Position numbers and translations under genes: made by a program | Shown here: positions 8,662 to 17,810 of the stretch, piece by piece | How the letters are laid out: each line of letters begins with the position of its first letter | Position numbering within the stretch: position 1 is the first letter of the stretch | Origin: Candidatus Anoxychlamydiales bacterium | Lineage (GTDB): Bacteria; Chlamydiota; Chlamydiia; Chlamydiales; SM23-39 | NCBI GenBank assembly: GCA_011065045.1 | Contig: JAAKFN010000001.1 | Span: forward strand, 1 to 49,003 | DNA: 49,003 bases | Reading direction: 5' to 3' | Notes under the pieces: model-generated | Databases searched by the model: none | What the model was told of the DNA's origin: nothing | Seen by the model: only the letters and a program-made list of their open reading frames with translations

Positions 8662-9962
8662 TGAATTGGTTTTCCCTGAGTATATGTAATCTTTTTTATA
8701 AATCTTCCCTCTTTATCAAATAAAGTGGCAGTGCCGTTTCCATTTAATATTGTAGATGTAGGCTCTTTTTGATTTATTTGATAATAAGATCCTTTTGTTA
8801 AAGTCTCATTTTCATATTCTTCTATAAACATAACAGAGCCATTTTCGTACCAAGCAAAATGCGGTCCATTTTTTTTATTATGTACATATTCCTTTTGAGA
8901 TTCTAACTTTAAGTTTTTATACCATGTTTTTACAGTTCCATGAATGTTGTTTGAGCTCCAGGTAATTTCTAGTTTGGGAATTGATTTATTATTTTTGTAG
9001 TTTTTAGGGATTTCATTTCTTTTATAATATTCTGTCTCAATCCCTTCTTTAATATCATCTTTTTGAAAATACTCGTTTTGAAGATGTCCGTCTAATGAAA
9101 AAACTTGAACCATGCCCTCTGGTTTTCCGTTTTTATATTCGATGAGTTTTTTTATGCATTGGTTTTTAAAAATAGCTTTCTCCCCATCACCATTTTTAAT
9201 CGAAGCTATTTTTACTCTAGATTTTTTAAAGTATTGTCCGTTTAGCAGTAGATTGTTTTCATACTCTTCTATAAAAGCTATGTTCTCTTTTGAGAAAAAC
9301 CCGATGTTAGATCCATGTTTAATTCCATTTTTATATGTGGTTTTTAATAAAATCTCTCCAGATTTTGTGTGCTCTTGAACCTCTCCTGTAATCTCATTAT
9401 CTACATAGGGAATAATCTTTTTTATTTGGCCGTTTGAGAAATAATAAATAGCATCGTTTTGAAGCGCACCTTTTTCATAATAAAACTTGGAAATTAAAGT
9501 TCCTTTTTCATTATAAACTAAACTTGCGTTATCAAAAAGCCAGCTCTCTTGATTATTAAAATCAGCTGCTCCAGAAATAACAGTTGCTTCTATTTTAAGA
9601 GCTCCATTTAGATGGTATTCTCTGTATTTACCGAAAGCTCTTGCATTTTTTATATCTAAATATTTCCAGATTTGACCATTTTCATGATAAGAAGTTAGAA
9701 TAGATGTAGTGTTATTACTATCATCTTTATTATAAATTCTTAAAACTTTTTGATAAGGCTGACTCTCTTCAAAATTAGTATTTTGATATTTTTCTAAACT
9801 CTCAACAGATGAGATGGTCTCGCTAATACCATTTCTATCAACTATTTGAATACAACTTATTTCATTTTCTTGATATCTAGGGGAGCAAGAAATTAAGATT
9901 GTAGATATAAAAATTGCTAGTAATATATTTTTTTTATTCATTTTTTTTCTTATAAAATTCAC
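8658..9962 (-). CDS. Lipoprotein with MORN-variant (YwqK-like) repeats
   Basis: Lipobox-like LISC after a hydrophobic leader. G-rich ~23-aa units recur (Y.ENGQI., YHLNGALK, YYFSNGQIKK, YKNGIKHG, WYENGSV), as in MORN repeat variant proteins. It overlaps the downstream gene by 4 nt (operon). Confidence 0.5.
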   Translation of the reverse strand: MNFIRKKMNKKNILLAIFISTILISCSPRYQENEISCIQIVDRNGISETISSVESLEKYQNTNFEESQPYQKVLRIYNKDDSNNTTSILTSYHENGQIWKYLDIKNARAFGKYREYHLNGALKIEATVISGAADFNNQESWLFDNASLVYNEKGTLISKFYYEKGALQNDAIYYFSNGQIKKIIPYVDNEITGEVQEHTKSGEILLKTTYKNGIKHGSNIGFFSKENIAFIEEYENNLLLNGQYFKKSRVKIASIKNGDGEKAIFKNQCIKKLIEYKNGKPEGMVQVFSLDGHLQNEYFQKDDIKEGIETEYYKRNEIPKNYKNNKSIPKLEITWSSNNIHGTVKTWYKNLKLESQKEYVHNKKNGPHFAWYENGSVMFIEEYENETLTKGSYYQINQKEPTSTILNGNGTATLFDKEGRFIKKITYTQGKPIQ

Positions 9963-10584
9963 GTTTAAAAATTTTCATGTTTAAAGAGAATATATTTTCT
10001 CTTTGTTTGTTTAAGGTAAAGCTTTTGATTAAAAGTTGAGGCAAAAGAGCCTCTGGAATGTATTTATCAATTTGAACATCTTCAATTATGGATAAAAGCT
10101 TTTGAAGATCAACATCATCTATCTCTAAATTCTTTAGCTGCGATAATTCTGATTCCTTAATAAAGGCAGCATTTTTTATGTTTTCTTCTAAAAATTTAAG
10201 TCTGTTTTTATCGCTATTTATAAAAGTTATTCTTTTTTTGATTTGAGAGCTGTTTGAGAATGCCGGGTGGAGCAAGAGGCTTGTTAAAATTGACTTTTCA
10301 CTATCTAAAAATGTCAAACTCTCTAGCTTGTTTTCAACAAAACATTTATCAAATGAAGTTCTCTTTTCTATAAAATCTTTTATCTCTTTTCTTCTAGCTA
10401 TTGTGTTAACAGATTTTTCTTTTAAATAACGTAATTTTTTTTCTGAGTTATTTAGCTTAGAAAATTTATAAAATGAAAAAGTTAAAACAAAAACTATTAA
10501 AATTGAGAAAGTTAAAAGTACAAAAATTAATTTGTTTTTGTAGATGCAGACTTTTCCAATTTTTCTATAAATATCGCTTAACAT
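9934..10584 (-). CDS. Hypothetical single-pass membrane protein
   Basis: Long ORF with an N-terminal TM segment (LIFVLLTFSILIVFVLTFSF) followed by a charged coiled-coil-like region. It lies in an operon with its neighbours. No family recognised. Confidence 0.5.
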   Translation of the reverse strand: MLSDIYRKIGKVCIYKNKLIFVLLTFSILIVFVLTFSFYKFSKLNNSEKKLRYLKEKSVNTIARRKEIKDFIEKRTSFDKCFVENKLESLTFLDSEKSILTSLLLHPAFSNSSQIKKRITFINSDKNRLKFLEENIKNAAFIKESELSQLKNLEIDDVDLQKLLSIIEDVQIDKYIPEALLPQLLIKSFTLNKQRENIFSLNMKIFKREFYKKKNE

Positions 10585-10593
10585 TTATTTGCT

Positions 10594-12087
10594 TCATTTT
10601 TTTGTGTTTTTTAAATAAAAAGTAGCCCTGTAACTATCATCTTTAGTTTTCCATGAGATCTTATGACTCAGGTTAACTAGCCCTTGACCTTTCGATAAAG
10701 AATCATAAAAGCTTCTAGCTAGAGATGGTTTTTTTGTTTTGATTTCTATATCTATTTTCGCTAAGTAAGGATCGTTTTTTGTAAAAGCTGTTGGAAATTT
10801 TTCTAAAACATAATTAAAAGATGTAATCTCTGCATCTTTTAAATATTCATGGTTATTTAGCCAATTTAGTGTTTCACTAACGCTTGGTGCACTTAAAATA
10901 TATGGAAAGTTTTTGTTCTCAATTTCAAGTTTCTTTTCAAACGCATTTAAATCATCATAAAAATTTTTAGAAATCTCTTTTTTTTGAACTCCTAAATAAC
11001 TGTTTTCTGAATTTCTAATAAAGTTAAGTCTTTGCTGTAAAAAACTCTCTTTTTCTTTTAATAAGTGGTTTGATCCAAAATTTATCAAAAAGCAAAAAGC
11101 TAAAATAAATAGAGTTAAAAAAAGAGTTTTTTTACCAATATTTTCAATTTTTTTGCTAGCTGTAAATTCTCGCTCTCGAAATTGCAGAGATAAAGAATCC
11201 CTTTTCAAAGAATCTAAAGAAAGACCAATACATATTGCAAACTTTTTATATTCTACTTTTTTTTCTAGGAAAGGGCTTTTTATAATTTTGGTAACCTTAT
11301 CGTTTTGTAGAAACTCTGAAATATTTGAAAAAGAGGTTATATCACCTGTTATGATCATTGGATGTTTTTCTTCTACAGACTTACAAAAATAGATAAAAGA
11401 TTTTTCTATCTCTTTTTTTAGATGGGTTAATTGAATTTTTAATTTACTTTTGCTACTTAGCTTTAAAATATCGATTTTTGAGTTTTTTGATCCTTTCTCT
11501 TCTTCGTGTGAGTTCATTAATTTATTCGTTCCAATTTTTATGCTATAAGTTTTTATAGGTTGGTTGTCTTTCATCAAAATACAGGTAGTTTTACTCTTTG
11601 CTACATGAACCAAAAAAGAGCTGTTTATATCTTTAAAATAAAAATTTATAAATCTAATTAATGCCTGAGATGCTGAAGTGACTCTATCTGGATCGATATT
11701 TATGTGCTTTAACCTAGATAAATGTTTGCTTAACAGCTCTTTTGTTGTAATAAAAAATTTTAACTTTGATTCGTTTTTAAGATTAATAGTTGATATGACA
11801 ATTTTATCAGTATCTAGTGTTGAAATAGAATCTTCATGAAACTTTATAGCCTTTTTTATAAAAAAAGAATTTTTTACATTAAAATCAGCGCTCTTTATCA
11901 ATACATCAGATCCATCTAATGCTGAAGTAATTAAAAAATTATCTTTATTAGATATGTAAAGCTTTTTTACATCGCTATTTGGTATGTCGCTTATATCTAA
12001 AGATTTAATGCTGATTAAATCTTTGTTTTTACTCATGATAGATAGGTGTATTACATCTGAATCTAGATCTATCCCAATAGCTTTCAT
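10594..12087 (-). CDS. Hypothetical bitopic membrane protein with a PilM/GspL-like N-terminal start (tentative)
   Basis: The N-terminus AIGIDLDSDVIHLSI resembles the phosphate-1 strand of actin-like ATPase folds (PilM/GspL cytoplasmic domains). There is a single TM (LFLTLFILAFCFLINFG) near residue 330 and then a ~150 aa tail. Architecture only. Confidence 0.4.
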   Translation of the reverse strand: MKAIGIDLDSDVIHLSIMSKNKDLISIKSLDISDIPNSDVKKLYISNKDNFLITSALDGSDVLIKSADFNVKNSFFIKKAIKFHEDSISTLDTDKIVISTINLKNESKLKFFITTKELLSKHLSRLKHINIDPDRVTSASQALIRFINFYFKDINSSFLVHVAKSKTTCILMKDNQPIKTYSIKIGTNKLMNSHEEEKGSKNSKIDILKLSSKSKLKIQLTHLKKEIEKSFIYFCKSVEEKHPMIITGDITSFSNISEFLQNDKVTKIIKSPFLEKKVEYKKFAICIGLSLDSLKRDSLSLQFREREFTASKKIENIGKKTLFLTLFILAFCFLINFGSNHLLKEKESFLQQRLNFIRNSENSYLGVQKKEISKNFYDDLNAFEKKLEIENKNFPYILSAPSVSETLNWLNNHEYLKDAEITSFNYVLEKFPTAFTKNDPYLAKIDIEIKTKKPSLARSFYDSLSKGQGLVNLSHKISWKTKDDSYRATFYLKNTKK

Positions 12088-12236
12088 TAAAAAAATCCTA
12101 ACATTTAAAAGCTTTCAATTTTAACTCTTATAGCTATTAATAGGAAAGTCCAAATGAAATTTTAAAAGGTCTGTTTTTTCATGACATTAATATGTTTTAT
12201 GGGTAAAATTGAACCAAAGTAAAAAAAAATGTTATT

Positions 12237-12488
12237 ATGATTGCTCAAAGTATTAGACTTCTTTTCTCTTGTTATACAATTTTTTTAATTCTTAGAGTTG
12301 CAGGCTCTTGGATTCCTCAGCTAAGAGAACATAATTTCATGAGATTTATCGCTTATTATACGGATCCATATTTAAATATTTTTAGAAGAATTGTTCCCCC
12401 TATCGGAGGAAAGATTGATGTATCTCCTTTAATTGGTTTTTTGATTTTGCAGTTTTTAGAAAAAATTGTTCTTAATTTTTTAAAATGA
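12237..12488 (+). CDS. yggT: YggT family membrane protein
   Basis: 83 aa with two hydrophobic segments and a YGGT-type core ...DPYLNIFRRIVPPIGGKIDVSPLIGFLILQ. Confidence 0.7.
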   Translation: MIAQSIRLLFSCYTIFLILRVAGSWIPQLREHNFMRFIAYYTDPYLNIFRRIVPPIGGKIDVSPLIGFLILQFLEKIVLNFLK

Positions 12489-13453
12489 GTTTCAAAAAAG
12501 ATTTCTTTATTGGCTCTTTAAAACTTCCTCATAATATCATTTATGCTCCTCTTGCTGAATATACAGATTTTGCTTATCGAAGATTAATCAGAAATTTTCA
12601 TACAGGTCTAATGTTTTGTGAAATGATTAAAATGGAAGCCTTAGTCAGAGAAAAATCTACAAAATTATTAAAATATACTAAAAATATGATGCCAATTGGC
12701 GCTCAGCTTTTGGGATCCAATTCAAGTGTTGCCACAGATGCTGCAAAAAAATTAGAAGATTTGGGTTTTGATATAATCGATTTTAATTGCGGTTGCCCTG
12801 TTCAAAAAGTTACAAAAGATGGTTCTGGCTCTGCAATGCTAAAAAATCCAAAACTCATTTTTGAAATTTTAGAAAAAATAGTAAAAGCAGTGAATATTCC
12901 AGTTAGCATAAAAATTAGACTAGGCTGGGATGATAATTCTATCGTTGCAAGTGAAATTGTAAAAATAGCTATCGATGCTGGCGCAAAAATGATTACTATT
13001 CATGGTAGAACAAGAAAGCAAGGATATTCCGGCAAAGCTAATTGGGACTACATTAAAGAATGTAAACAGGTAGCTAAAAATGATATCCTAGTTATCGGAA
13101 ATGGAGATTTATATACTCCAGAAGATGTAAAGAGTATGTTTGAATCAACGAGTGTTGATGGTGTTATGATAGCAAGAGGAATGCTCTCAACTCCATGGCT
13201 TAGCTCTGATATTGAGAGTCATTTTACTAAAAAAGAGAGGGCAAATGTTTCAAGAAAAGAAGTTCTTTTAAAATATATTTCATATCTAATAGAAGAGAAA
13301 AAAGAAAAAGCTGTTTTTGATTTGAGAAGAATTAGCGGATGGTTTTTAAGGGGCAGTAGAGATATTAAATCTTTAAGAATTGGTATAAATGGAGCAACTT
13401 CCATTGATGAATCAATAGAATTAATTGATAGTTTTAACTGGGAAGATAAATGA
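12485..13453 (+). CDS. dus: tRNA-dihydrouridine synthase
   Basis: Contains APLAEYTDFAYR, the catalytic-Cys motif IDFNCGCPVQKV, and ITIHGRTR. Length is 322 aa. Its start overlaps the yggT stop. Confidence 0.85.
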   Translation: MSFKKDFFIGSLKLPHNIIYAPLAEYTDFAYRRLIRNFHTGLMFCEMIKMEALVREKSTKLLKYTKNMMPIGAQLLGSNSSVATDAAKKLEDLGFDIIDFNCGCPVQKVTKDGSGSAMLKNPKLIFEILEKIVKAVNIPVSIKIRLGWDDNSIVASEIVKIAIDAGAKMITIHGRTRKQGYSGKANWDYIKECKQVAKNDILVIGNGDLYTPEDVKSMFESTSVDGVMIARGMLSTPWLSSDIESHFTKKERANVSRKEVLLKYISYLIEEKKEKAVFDLRRISGWFLRGSRDIKSLRIGINGATSIDESIELIDSFNWEDK

Positions 13454-13731
13454 AAGAGATAGTTCAGCTACACGTAGTTTTTATAGGAAATGTTCAAGGT
13501 GTTTTTTTTAGACAGCATGTGAAAGAATTCGCAGAAGAATTAAAACTCACTGGATATGTGAAAAATTTAAAAGATGGTTCTGTTGAAGTTTTAGCGATAG
13601 GGGAGAAAGAAATTTTAGAGAAATTTATAAAGGCAATAGAAAAAAAACCAGGTCATGGATCAATTGATAGTATAGAAGAGAATTTCACAAAAAATGAGCT
13701 TTCATTTGATTGTTTCGAAATTCGATACTAA
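13450..13731 (+). CDS. acyP: Acylphosphatase
   Basis: 93 aa with the signatures V.IGNVQGVFFR and L.LTGYVKNLKDGSVEV. Confidence 0.8.
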   Translation: MKEIVQLHVVFIGNVQGVFFRQHVKEFAEELKLTGYVKNLKDGSVEVLAIGEKEILEKFIKAIEKKPGHGSIDSIEENFTKNELSFDCFEIRY

Positions 13732-14069
13732 CGATATTTATCATCTTTATCAAATCGATTACCAGGCTCTACCTTAGCATAGTTATCTAAAGCTCTCTCT
13801 GCAGCATAAGCGCCATAAGCTTCATCATAATCCAAAACATCTATACGTGGAGATTTATTAAAATCTACTTTTATCAGATAATTTGAAAAATAATCAACAT
13901 ATGGATAGCTACAACCACAAGGAAGATTTTGCTGAAAGTATTCATGAACTTTTTCGCTTGTATTTAAAACAAGATTTTCATCTGGTGCATTTCTAGATGC
14001 ATGTTTCCACAATGCATAGATAGCATTTACATATGACATTCCCTCTGGAACTGTTGTTTGAAAAGACAT
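13728..14069 (-). CDS. Hypothetical protein
   Basis: 113-aa ORF convergent with acyP and not overlapped by a better ORF. No family recognised. Confidence 0.45.
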   Translation of the reverse strand: MSFQTTVPEGMSYVNAIYALWKHASRNAPDENLVLNTSEKVHEYFQQNLPCGCSYPYVDYFSNYLIKVDFNKSPRIDVLDYDEAYGAYAAERALDNYAKVEPGNRFDKDDKYR

Positions 14070-14259
14070 CTTTGTTTTTCCTCTTATAATAAGTTAATTA
14101 AATTGAATGAATAAAATGTTAAATTATTGGAATAATAATTGCAAGGTTTTTTTGTGTTTTAAAGTATATAAAATTTTTTTTCCTTTTTATTTAAATAAAA
14201 TGTACTTGGGATATCGCTAACTAGTTTTAGAATTATTTTAGTGATTTCGAAGAAAACCA

Positions 14260-14760
14260 TTAATCAAAGTCTTCATCACTTTCAAGTTTTTCTTCAAAAA
14301 TTTTTAGAAGTCTTTGAATATTGTGCTTAGTATCTATAAATTCTTCTTTATTCTTCTCTTTCTGTTTTAAAGTATTTGTCTCTTTTTCATTTAAAAAATC
14401 TATAAAATCATCGATAGATTTGGTTTGAGCAAGCATGTTTTTTGCTTGAAAAGCTAAAGAATTATCAGAGGTTATTACAGTTATTTGAGAAGGTGTTTTT
14501 GATAAAAAGACTCTTTCTAAAATATAGTCATCAGCGGTTTGTCCTTTTGGAGTAAATATAATTTTTAAACGACCCGCTTCGCTTTTATGAGCTACGATCT
14601 CTTCTTGATGATGAGCATCGAATATTAGATGAAAATTTAAGTTTAAATAAGATGCTTTTTCCTGAAGCATTTGGATAACTAAATTTCTTTGAGTTTGTAT
14701 GTTTTTTTCACTGTGAAAAAACTTAAATAAAAGATTGTAACCATCTATGAGATATAACAC
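14260..14760 (-). CDS. NYN/YacP-like PIN-fold RNase domain protein
   Basis: The N-terminus MLYLIDGYNLLF followed by ...LIFDAH... and TSD matches the YacP/NYN (DUF901) pattern. Confidence 0.6.
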   Translation of the reverse strand: MLYLIDGYNLLFKFFHSEKNIQTQRNLVIQMLQEKASYLNLNFHLIFDAHHQEEIVAHKSEAGRLKIIFTPKGQTADDYILERVFLSKTPSQITVITSDNSLAFQAKNMLAQTKSIDDFIDFLNEKETNTLKQKEKNKEEFIDTKHNIQRLLKIFEEKLESDEDFD

Positions 14761-15428
14761 TATTTGGTTACTTGGATACTTTCAATAGTAATAGCTATCT
14801 TATCTAATGCTTTTCTTCTATGTGATATTTTGTTTTTAACAGCTTCTTTCAGTTGAGCGAATGTTTGATTATAATCGTGTTTTACAAATAAAGGGTCGTA
14901 TCCAAACCCCCCTCCTCCTCTTTCTTGAGTCTCAATTCTACCCTCGCATTTTGCACACACAGATTTTTTTAATCTCTCGGGAGATGCAACTGCCATACAA
15001 CATTCAAAATATGCATAAAGATCTTTATCTGAGAGATCAACTAATTTTGAGAGGAGTTTTTTTCTGTTTTCACTATCTGTAGCTTTTTCTCCAGCATATC
15101 TAGCAGAAAAAACGCCAGGCTCGCCGTTGAGAGCCGGAATTACTAAGCCAGAGTCATCTGAAATTACCCACCTGTTTAATGCTTTAGCTGCATGGATTGC
15201 TTTAGCATTGGCATTATCTGCAAAAGACTCTCCGGTCTCTTCTGGAGGAATGTATTTTGGAAAATCTATTAAACTTAAGAGATCAATGTTTGGAGTAATT
15301 TCATTTAAAATCGTTTTGATTTCTCTTATTTTGTGGATGTTTTTACTAGCAATCACTAGTTGAAAACTTTTAATATTGTTTTGATCTAAATTTTCATTTT
15401 CCATTTTTTTGCCTAAATTTTTGTGCAC
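14760..15428 (-). CDS. rdgB: Non-canonical purine NTP (dITP/XTP) pyrophosphatase RdgB/HAM1
   Basis: Motifs LVIASKN..K..E, E.G.SF..NA..KA, DDSGL, GEPGV.SARYAG, GGFGYDPLF and SHR. The true start may be the internal ATG 24 nt downstream (MENEN...). Confidence 0.85.
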   Translation of the reverse strand: MHKNLGKKMENENLDQNNIKSFQLVIASKNIHKIREIKTILNEITPNIDLLSLIDFPKYIPPEETGESFADNANAKAIHAAKALNRWVISDDSGLVIPALNGEPGVFSARYAGEKATDSENRKKLLSKLVDLSDKDLYAYFECCMAVASPERLKKSVCAKCEGRIETQERGGGGFGYDPLFVKHDYNQTFAQLKEAVKNKISHRRKALDKIAITIESIQVTK

Positions 15429-15473
15429 TTAAATAAAATATACAGAAAATAAGATATTTTGGAAACGGACTCT

Positions 15474-17624
15474 TTATTCAAGGACGCTTCTTATATCTGT
15501 TATTGTATAAGTTTTTGATTCATATTCGAATTTTTCGCCAATGGTTTTTCCAATAAGTTCTTTTGCTAGTTTAGATTGAAAAGATAAAATGTTTTTATCA
15601 ATATCAGCCTCAACAGGTCCTAATATTGTAAAAGTATTTTTTTTACCCTTATCATCAGATGAACTTATTATCGTTCCTATGCTTACTTTGTCAGTTTCAA
15701 TAATATCTTTTGTTAATATTCTGATGTTATTTAAGAGGTCAGCAAAGGTTTTTAAATCAGTTTGAAGTCTCGCTCTTTTCTCCAAAGCTGCTTTATATTC
15801 AGCGTTTTCCCTTAAATCACCGAGTGCTCTTGCTTCTTCAATCTCTTTTGCGTTATCTAGCATTTCAATGGTTGATATGTGAGTGATTTTCTTTTTTAGA
15901 TCTAATAAGCCTTGCTCAGTTGCCCAAATAACAGTTTCTTCAACAATCTCATTTTTGTAATCTGATAGATCTGGGAAAACAACTTTTGCAAGTGAGTGAA
16001 TAATTTTAATATCATGATCATCCAAAATTCGACATTTTGTCGCTAAAAGTAAAAACTCTTTTGCCTGATTTAAAGTCGCAATATTCATGACGCTTTGAAT
16101 CATTTCATAGCGTTTTGCTGTAATTAGTGAGAGCATTTTTTTAGCAAGATCTTTGTACTCTGGTTTATTCTCTAAATAATCTAAGAGAATTAAAAAGCTT
16201 TCAAAATATTTGGTTTTTCCATCCTTATTTGAAAGAGGATAGTCTCCCTCTTTTGCAAAAAAAGCTTTTTGAAAATACCACACAAACGCTGCAGGATACA
16301 ATAGAGGGTGCTCCGAGAGCTCTTTTATTTTATCTGTTAACTTATCGGTTTTTGCTTTCATTAGCTCTTGCAAGATGTAGTCTCTTAAAACATTTTGTTC
16401 TAATGAGAAAAAAAGATCTAAAAATATAGCTTCCCAATCACTTTTGTATTTTCTAATAGAGATTAAAAAACGTTTTTTAAAACTAACAATATCGATATCT
16501 TTTAAAATATCCATAGGGCAGGAAGTTTCTTTAATAATTTCATCGATTTTTATTAGCTCTTTGTCCACTTTTAAAGTATCTAAAAAGAAATGAATTTGTA
16601 TTTTTTCAGATTTAGTTAAATCTTCATGACCCAAAACATCGGCAAGTTTGATAGTTAATGAATTTTTAAAATCTTCATTCTTTGACATTTGAGGGAAATC
16701 TCTTAAAAAAGCGTGAATCATTTGAATGATTTCTTTGGGTTTTGGCTTCGCTTCTAAATTCCTATATAAAACCTCTTCGTGGTTTATCTCCTTTTCTCTT
16801 AATGAAAATGGCTCACTTAACTTTTTAGGGGACTCTAGTTTTTTGTCTTTTTTAATTTTTGATCTAGTATTTTGCCACCATCTATTCCACTCTTTAGAAG
16901 GAATTACTAAATCACAAATAGCCTCTTTTATATCAGCAGCATTTTGTGGCCCTAAATCTTTTATTAAAAGTTTGACTATCTCTATCGGATTTTCTTTTGC
17001 TTGTTTTTCTAGTAGATCAGGGTTTCCAAATCTTCTAGATAAAAAATGATCGTCTTTTAGAGGAACTAGAGTTTTTAAAGCATTTTCAAAAGATAAGCTT
17101 TTATGACCTACTACATATTCAAATTCTAAATTCATCTCTTCTCTTAAAAGAGACAGATCTAAAATCTCTCCAGTACCCCACCCAGCTTTATGAAAAACAA
17201 ACTTGCCCTTTTTCATATGAGTTAAAAGCTCAAATTTACTAATGGCTCCTTGATAGTTTTCTCTAGAACGAAGACCGATGAGTCTTATTTTTTCATTAAA
17301 TAGAGGGTCTTTTGAATATTTCATTTTTAAATGATCGTAAACTATAGATGCTAGCTCCGCATCATTTTTATTTTGCAAATCACAGATCAATCTTAATATC
17401 TCATTTTTTTCATCTTCATCTTCTAGCTTTTCCCAAAGGAAAATGGCCCTGTTAACATGCTGACCAAAATTCTCAGCTAGATCGGATTTTTCTGCCTCTA
17501 GAAGCAAACTTTTCAATTCTTCATAATTTACTTCATCGCTAAAACAATACTCTTCGAAGATTTTTAAAAAGCCTTGATAATCATTTGACTTAATTTTTTC
17601 TATAAATTGTTTTAAATATGTCAT
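15474..17624 (-). CDS. greA: Transcript cleavage factor GreA, long form with ~550-aa N-terminal extension
   Basis: The C-terminal ~150 aa carry GreA hallmarks (ARALGDLRENAEYKAALEKRARLQ), then a small C-terminal domain. The very long N-terminal extension matches what is known for chlamydial GreA (~715 aa). Confidence 0.75.
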   Translation of the reverse strand: MTYLKQFIEKIKSNDYQGFLKIFEEYCFSDEVNYEELKSLLLEAEKSDLAENFGQHVNRAIFLWEKLEDEDEKNEILRLICDLQNKNDAELASIVYDHLKMKYSKDPLFNEKIRLIGLRSRENYQGAISKFELLTHMKKGKFVFHKAGWGTGEILDLSLLREEMNLEFEYVVGHKSLSFENALKTLVPLKDDHFLSRRFGNPDLLEKQAKENPIEIVKLLIKDLGPQNAADIKEAICDLVIPSKEWNRWWQNTRSKIKKDKKLESPKKLSEPFSLREKEINHEEVLYRNLEAKPKPKEIIQMIHAFLRDFPQMSKNEDFKNSLTIKLADVLGHEDLTKSEKIQIHFFLDTLKVDKELIKIDEIIKETSCPMDILKDIDIVSFKKRFLISIRKYKSDWEAIFLDLFFSLEQNVLRDYILQELMKAKTDKLTDKIKELSEHPLLYPAAFVWYFQKAFFAKEGDYPLSNKDGKTKYFESFLILLDYLENKPEYKDLAKKMLSLITAKRYEMIQSVMNIATLNQAKEFLLLATKCRILDDHDIKIIHSLAKVVFPDLSDYKNEIVEETVIWATEQGLLDLKKKITHISTIEMLDNAKEIEEARALGDLRENAEYKAALEKRARLQTDLKTFADLLNNIRILTKDIIETDKVSIGTIISSSDDKGKKNTFTILGPVEADIDKNILSFQSKLAKELIGKTIGEKFEYESKTYTITDIRSVLE

Positions 17625-17810
17625 TTGTATCCTTAACTAGTTAAATTAATCCGTAAATTATCAGTATATGACAATTTTATATAATTTTCAAACAAAAGAT
17701 TTAAGATATAATTAAGAAATATTAAAGATATTTTTAGGTTATGTTAAAATAAATTTGCATAATATTTTATTTTTTGTTATAGTTTTTAACTATTTATCTA
17801 AATTAAACAA

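Noticed and set aside
12088-12236. Structured RNA or riboswitch in the divergent intergenic region upstream of yggT. Also checked the 14070..14259 and 17625..17810 spacers.
   Set aside because: No conserved riboswitch cores, long stems or repeats are visible. The sequences look like ordinary AT-rich promoter spacers.
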